Assembly: GCF_913773735.1 (NCBI RefSeq)
Contig: NZ_CAJYEB010000010.1
Location: 237,894 to 301,893, forward strand
DNA from: an uncultured Massilia sp.
GTDB taxonomy: Bacteria; Pseudomonadota; Gammaproteobacteria; Burkholderiales; Burkholderiaceae_D
Length of the DNA: 64,000 nt
Direction of reading: 5' to 3'
A program made the translations under genes and the position numbers. The notes under the pieces are model-generated. The model did not search any database and was not told the DNA's origin. It saw only the letters and a program-made list of their open reading frames with translations. Positions 59,740 through 64,000 of the stretch are shown here, in pieces. Position 1 is the first letter of the stretch; each line of letters starts with the position of its first letter.

Positions 59740-61549
59740 CATCCCCGACCAGCGCGTCGCCGAGCCGGCGAGCGCGGCTGCCCCCGCGCCGATGCTGTGC
59801 GTGTCGATCCACGACGTGGCCCCGGCCACCTGGGCCGACTGCCTGCGCCTCGTGCAGGCCGTGCGCGAGGTGGCGGACATTCCGCTGACCTGGCTGGTCG
59901 TGCCGCACTACCACTTCCGGCCCGAGCGCTCGGCGGCCATGGAAGCTTGCCTGGACGTGGTGCTGGAGCGCGGCGACGAGCTGGCGCTGCACGGCTACAG
60001 CCATCTCGACACCGAGGCCAACGGCGGCGGCCTGCGTGGCCGCTTCCTGCGCAACGTCTACACGCGCCGCGAGGGCGAGTTCGCCGCGCTGGACGAGGCC
60101 GAGGCGCGGCGCCGGCTGGAACTGGGCCGCGCCTGGTTCGCGGAACGCGGTTGGACGCCGTCCGGCTTCGTCCCTCCGGCCTGGCTGCTGGGCAAGGGCG
60201 CCTGGCGCGCGCTGCGCGCATCGGGTTTCGCCTACACCAGCACCTTCAGCCATTTCCACTGCCTGCCGGGCGCGGACGGGGACGGCGCCGGCACGGGCGG
60301 GCGCGCCGTGCTGTCGCCATCGCTGGTCTATGCCGCGCGCAACCGCGGCGGGCGCCTGCTGTCCCCGCGCATCGCCGACGCCACGGCGGCCATGCTGGCG
60401 AACGCGCCGCTGGTGCGCTTCGGCCTGCATCCGCCGGATGCGCGCTACCCGGAACTGGTGCGGCACACGCAGCGCGTGCTCGAACGCCTGCTCGAGCAGC
60501 GCGAGGCCGTGACCAAGCTGGCGTGCGCGCGGCGCCTGATGCAGCCGTCGCCGTCCGACGGCGCGGCGCGGGCGCCCGGCGAAGACGTCCTCGTGATCCG
60601 GACGGCGGCAGGCGAACCCGGGCCGGGCGTGGGCGGTACGCTGGCGGAGGCCGGGCGCGACGATGCCTTGCAGCCACACGATGCCGGCGCCAGCGCTGCT
60701 GGCGACCATGGCGGCATCGCGCCGGCGCGGGCCGATGCGGGTGCGCATGGTGCCGCCAGTGCCGGCGCCGGCGTCGATGCCGCTGGCGCGTGCGAGGGCG
60801 GGGTGGGGGCGCGTGCTGCCGGGGCAGGCGTAGTCGAAGCGCAAGTCGGGGACGAACGCGTGGCGGACGAACACGCCGCGGGCGTGCATGTTGCGGACGC
60901 GCATGTCGCCAACGCGCATGTCGCCAACGCGCATGTCGCCGACGCGGCGGTGCGCGTTGCAGGCACCGCAGGCATCGCAGACAGCGCCAGCGAGCATGCG
61001 CAAGCCGCGGCCGCGAACGTGTCGACCCGCGCGCACGCTGACGAGCCGGTGCACGCCAACGCGCGAGCGCAGGCCAACGATCAGGCGCAGGCCAGCCACC
61101 AGACGCAGCCCGACGAGCAGCTGCAGGCCAACGGGCAAGCGCACGCCGACGACCGAACGCGGGCCGGCAGCCCGGCGCACGCCGGCGACCGCACGCAAGC
61201 CCGCACCTACGCGCAGGCAAGTCGCGAGGCGCAAGCCGACGATCGGGCGCGGGCCGCCATCGCGGCCGATGCCACCGCCGACCTCACGGCGGACGCCACG
61301 GCGGGCCACCATCCGGCATCGTTACCCGACACGCGCCGTCCCGGCATCGACTTCGGCAACCGTCACTGCATCGTGCCGACGTTCGCGCGCCTGCCTGCTT
61401 CCGGCAGGCGCAGGGGCCGGGCCGGCTGGCCGGCTGCCGCCGGCGCTACCAGTACGGGCCCCACCAGCCGCCCGGCCAGCGGCCCATCCCCCAGCCGGCA
61501 TGGTAGTACGGATCGGGACCGTAGCGCGGCAGGTCGTCCTTTGCGCTGA
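59726..61549 (+). CDS. DUF2334 / polysaccharide deacetylase-like protein with a ~330-aa repeat tail
   Basis: VSIHDVAP, ELALHGYSH, GFVPPAW and FGLHP motifs in ~59792-60545. The frame stays open to 61549. Start GTG 59726 or ATG 59792. Confidence 0.8.
   Translation: MPSTDIPDQRVAEPASAAAPAPMLCVSIHDVAPATWADCLRLVQAVREVADIPLTWLVVPHYHFRPERSAAMEACLDVVLERGDELALHGYSHLDTEANGGGLRGRFLRNVYTRREGEFAALDEAEARRRLELGRAWFAERGWTPSGFVPPAWLLGKGAWRALRASGFAYTSTFSHFHCLPGADGDGAGTGGRAVLSPSLVYAARNRGGRLLSPRIADATAAMLANAPLVRFGLHPPDARYPELVRHTQRVLERLLEQREAVTKLACARRLMQPSPSDGAARAPGEDVLVIRTAAGEPGPGVGGTLAEAGRDDALQPHDAGASAAGDHGGIAPARADAGAHGAASAGAGVDAAGACEGGVGARAAGAGVVEAQVGDERVADEHAAGVHVADAHVANAHVANAHVADAAVRVAGTAGIADSASEHAQAAAANVSTRAHADEPVHANARAQANDQAQASHQTQPDEQLQANGQAHADDRTRAGSPAHAGDRTQARTYAQASREAQADDRARAAIAADATADLTADATAGHHPASLPDTRRPGIDFGNRHCIVPTFARLPASGRRRGRAGWPAAAGATSTGPTSRPASGPSPSRHGSTDRDRSAAGRPLR
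60854..60943 (+). repeat. 15-bp tandem repeat (AHVAN-type, 5 aa)
   Basis: GCGCATGTCGCC(A/G)AC x3 at 60899-60943 plus three degenerate units upstream. Confidence 0.8.
61031..61264 (+). repeat. 18-bp degenerate tandem repeat, 13 units (6 aa)
   Basis: AHADEP VHANAR AQANDQ AQASHQ TQPDEQ LQANGQ AHADDR TRAGSP AHAGDR TQARTY AQASRE AQADDR ARAAIA. Confidence 0.75.
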
Positions 61550-61835
61550 GGTTCAGCACGCAGTTGCGCCATGGATCGGACCCGGCGGCATAGCCGAGGC
61601 GCGTGCATGCCGGCCCGTACACCACCATCATGCGCTCGACCTGTGCCTGCACCTGGGCCGCCCGTTCCTGCGGCGTCGTGCATGCCGCCAGTGAGAGCAG
61701 GCCAGGCAAGAGCAGACCACGCAAGAGCAGGCCGGGCAGGCGCCGGCCGGGCAGCGGCGCAGGCGCCAGCACGCTTGCCGAGACAGGCCGCGCGAGCGCG
61801 GCAAGCGATCGCGACAGCAAAGGCTGCGGCTTCAT
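61446..61835 (-). CDS. Small lipoprotein with Trp/Gly/Tyr-rich C-terminus
   Basis: Lipobox SLAAC, then YGPAC..LGY....PWRNC and a YYHAGWGMGRWPGGWWGPYW tail. Start uncertain. Confidence 0.75.
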   Translation of the reverse strand: MKPQPLLSRSLAALARPVSASVLAPAPLPGRRLPGLLLRGLLLPGLLSLAACTTPQERAAQVQAQVERMMVVYGPACTRLGYAAGSDPWRNCVLNLSAKDDLPRYGPDPYYHAGWGMGRWPGGWWGPYW

Positions 61836-62007
61836 CGGTCAGTCTCCTCGTACGGGGCGCACGGCATGTGCGCCTGTCATCAGGATAGGCAGGATCGCAG
61901 GACGCTTGCGACACTGGCTCAAATGCGGGCCGGGAACCGCATCGGGCAGGGACTGTCGCGTACTCGCCGAGACATGTTTTTTCTGGCAAGATGCGCCTTT
62001 TCGAAGG

Positions 62008-64000
62008 ATGACGCGCATGCGAACACGCCGCTGGCTGACCTGGGGAACCCGCATGGCGCTGGCCGTTGCGGTCTTGCTGGCGCTGGCCGCGCTGGCCGCC
62101 TGGCTGTACCTGCGCGCCAGCCTGCCGCAGCTCGACGGCGCGCGCCGCGCACCGCTGCTGTCGGCGCCCGTGACCGTGGCGCGCGATGCCGACGGCGTCC
62201 CCACGCTCAGCGGCGCCAACCGGCTCGATCTCGCCTACGCCACCGGTTTCGTGCACGGGCAGGAGCGTTTCTTCCAGATGGACCTGCTGCGCCGCAGCGC
62301 CGCCGGCGAACTGGCCGAGCTGTTCGGCGCGCGCGCGCTGCCGCTCGACCGCGCGCACCGGCTGCACCGCTTCCGCGCCCGCGCCGAGCTGGCGCTGGGT
62401 CGCCTGGCGCCGGCCGAACGCGTCTTCATCGAACGCTACGCCGCCGGCGTCAACGACGGCCTAGGCGCGCTCGGCGCGCAGCCGTTCGAGTATGCGCTGA
62501 CCGGCACCGCGCCGCGCCGCTGGCGTCCGGCCGATTCATTGCTGGTCGTGTGGGCGATGTATTTCGACCTGCAGGGCAACCAGGAACCGCGCGAGCTGGC
62601 GCGCGGCTGGCTCGCTGCCAACCTGGACGACGCCCAGCGCGCCTTCCTGCTGCCGGCTTCCAGCGCCTGGGATGCGCCGCTCGATGCACCCGCGATCGCC
62701 GCCGCCGCGCCGCCCCCGGTGCCCGCCACGGCCCCGTCCTGGTGGGGCCGCAAGGATGCCGTGCCGGCGCGCCAGGTGGCGGGCATCGGTTTCACCGACG
62801 CCGTCGGCAGCAACAATTTCGCCCTGGCCGGCAGCCGCAGCGCCAGCGGCGCGGCGATCGTCTCGGACGACATGCACCTGGGGCTGCAACTGCCGAACAT
62901 CTGGTACCGGCTGGCGCTGCGCTTCACCGACGCGCAGGGAAGGGCGCGGCGCCTCGTCGGCGTCAGCCTGCCGGGCGCGCCGCCGCTCGTCATCGCGGGC
63001 AGCAACGGCCACGTGGCCTGGGGCTTCACCAACAGCTATGCCGACACGCTCGACCTGGTGCGCCTGGAGCGCGACGACGCCCATCCGGGCCAGCTGCGCC
63101 TGCCGTCCGGCTGGGAGACACCGGTAACGCACGTCGAGACCATCCTCGTCAAGGGCGAGACGGCGCAGCGCCTGGCGGTGCGCGAGACCAGCCTGGGGCC
63201 GGTGCGCGCGGCCGGCGACGCGGTGTATGCCGTGCACTGGGTCGCGCATGCGCCGGATGCGGTGAACCTGGAACACCTGAAGCTGGAGGCGGCGGTGACG
63301 CTGGACGAGGCGCTGGCCGCGGCCGCCGCGGACGGCATCCCGGCGCAGAACATCGTCCTGGGCGATGCGCGCGGCAACATCGCCTGGACCATCGCCGGCG
63401 CGCTGCCGCGCCGCGCGCAGGGAGGCGCGGCCGTCGCCTACCCGCTCGCTGCCGGCGGCGCCGTTCCCACCTGGGACGGCCTGCTGGCGCCGGACGCGCA
63501 CCCGCGCATCGTCAACCCGGCGTCCGGCCTGCTGGTGACGGCCAACAGCCGCCAGCTCGCCGGCCCCGGCGCCGACGTGCTGGGCGACGGCGGCTTCGAC
63601 CTCGGCGCGCGTGCCCGCCAGCTGCGCGACGGGCTGGCGGCGCTGCCCGCCGGGGCGGACGTCGGCGCGGCCTTCCGTACCGTGCTGGACGACCGCGCCC
63701 TGTACATCGACGGCTGGCGCCGGCGCGCGCTGGAGGCGCTCGATGCGCGCGCCGTCGCGGGCGATGCGCGGCGCGCCGAATTCGCGCGCCTGCTGCGCGA
63801 CAGCTGGGACGGCCATGCCGGCACCGGCTCGGTCGGCTACCGCCTGGCGCAGCAGTACCGCTGGTCGTTGTACGAACTGCTGTTCGCCGGCGCCGATGCC
63901 GGCATGCGCCAGCTCGACCCGAAGGCGACCATGCTGGCGGCGACGTCGCGCTGGTCCGACGTCGTCGCGCGCCTGCTCGACGAGCGCCCGGCCGCCTGGC
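62008..64000 (+). CDS. Penicillin acylase family Ntn hydrolase (partial; runs off the window)
   Basis: Manual translation: N-terminal TM, RDADGVPT, FVHGQERFFQMDLLRR, catalytic SNN at 62809, DMHL, GFTN and TANSR. Confidence 0.9.
   Translation, partial: MTRMRTRRWLTWGTRMALAVAVLLALAALAAWLYLRASLPQLDGARRAPLLSAPVTVARDADGVPTLSGANRLDLAYATGFVHGQERFFQMDLLRRSAAGELAELFGARALPLDRAHRLHRFRARAELALGRLAPAERVFIERYAAGVNDGLGALGAQPFEYALTGTAPRRWRPADSLLVVWAMYFDLQGNQEPRELARGWLAANLDDAQRAFLLPASSAWDAPLDAPAIAAAAPPPVPATAPSWWGRKDAVPARQVAGIGFTDAVGSNNFALAGSRSASGAAIVSDDMHLGLQLPNIWYRLALRFTDAQGRARRLVGVSLPGAPPLVIAGSNGHVAWGFTNSYADTLDLVRLERDDAHPGQLRLPSGWETPVTHVETILVKGETAQRLAVRETSLGPVRAAGDAVYAVHWVAHAPDAVNLEHLKLEAAVTLDEALAAAAADGIPAQNIVLGDARGNIAWTIAGALPRRAQGGAAVAYPLAAGGAVPTWDGLLAPDAHPRIVNPASGLLVTANSRQLAGPGADVLGDGGFDLGARARQLRDGLAALPAGADVGAAFRTVLDDRALYIDGWRRRALEALDARAVAGDARRAEFARLLRDSWDGHAGTGSVGYRLAQQYRWSLYELLFAGADAGMRQLDPKATMLAATSRWSDVVARLLDERPAAW

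Noticed and set aside
60854-61264. CRISPR-like array
   Set aside because: The units are in-frame degenerate coding repeats with no repeat-spacer alternation, and there are no cas genes.

Overview
High-GC betaproteobacterial chromosome segment. Gene content and order point to Oxalobacteraceae (Massilia/Telluria-like); this is inferred from the proteins, not from a database search. The left ~30 kb is accessory-rich: a partial tryptophan-halogenase-family gene, DUF475-terD, an RND pump, a Thr/Gly lipoprotein, a histidine phosphatase + stand-alone NAD(P)HX dehydratase pair, a cystine symporter, alpha-2-macroglobulin-pbpC, a 5'-nucleotidase, a Fur-box-preceded two-gene Cys/His-rich DUF2325 operon, and a LysR-TRAP-CoA-transferase-HMG-CoA-lyase module that ends at tRNA-Lys. 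The right ~34 kb is mostly core genes: tol-pal, an SDR, ZMP/ZTP riboswitch-glyA, nrdR, minor pilins, the rib genes split by two peptidases, nusB, slt, ubiD, and SRP RNA-dnaX-ybaB-recR. It ends with a GT4 + DUF2334 pair (the latter with a long repeat tail), a small lipoprotein and a partial Ntn acylase. I saw no integrase, transposase, CRISPR array or rRNA, but there are several REP/MITE-like elements. The best candidate for an uncharacterised system is the putatively iron (Fur)-controlled CxxC-protein + DUF2325 operon at 21.8-23.4 kb. Most long extra ORFs in the supplied track are antisense or off-frame shadows caused by the high GC.
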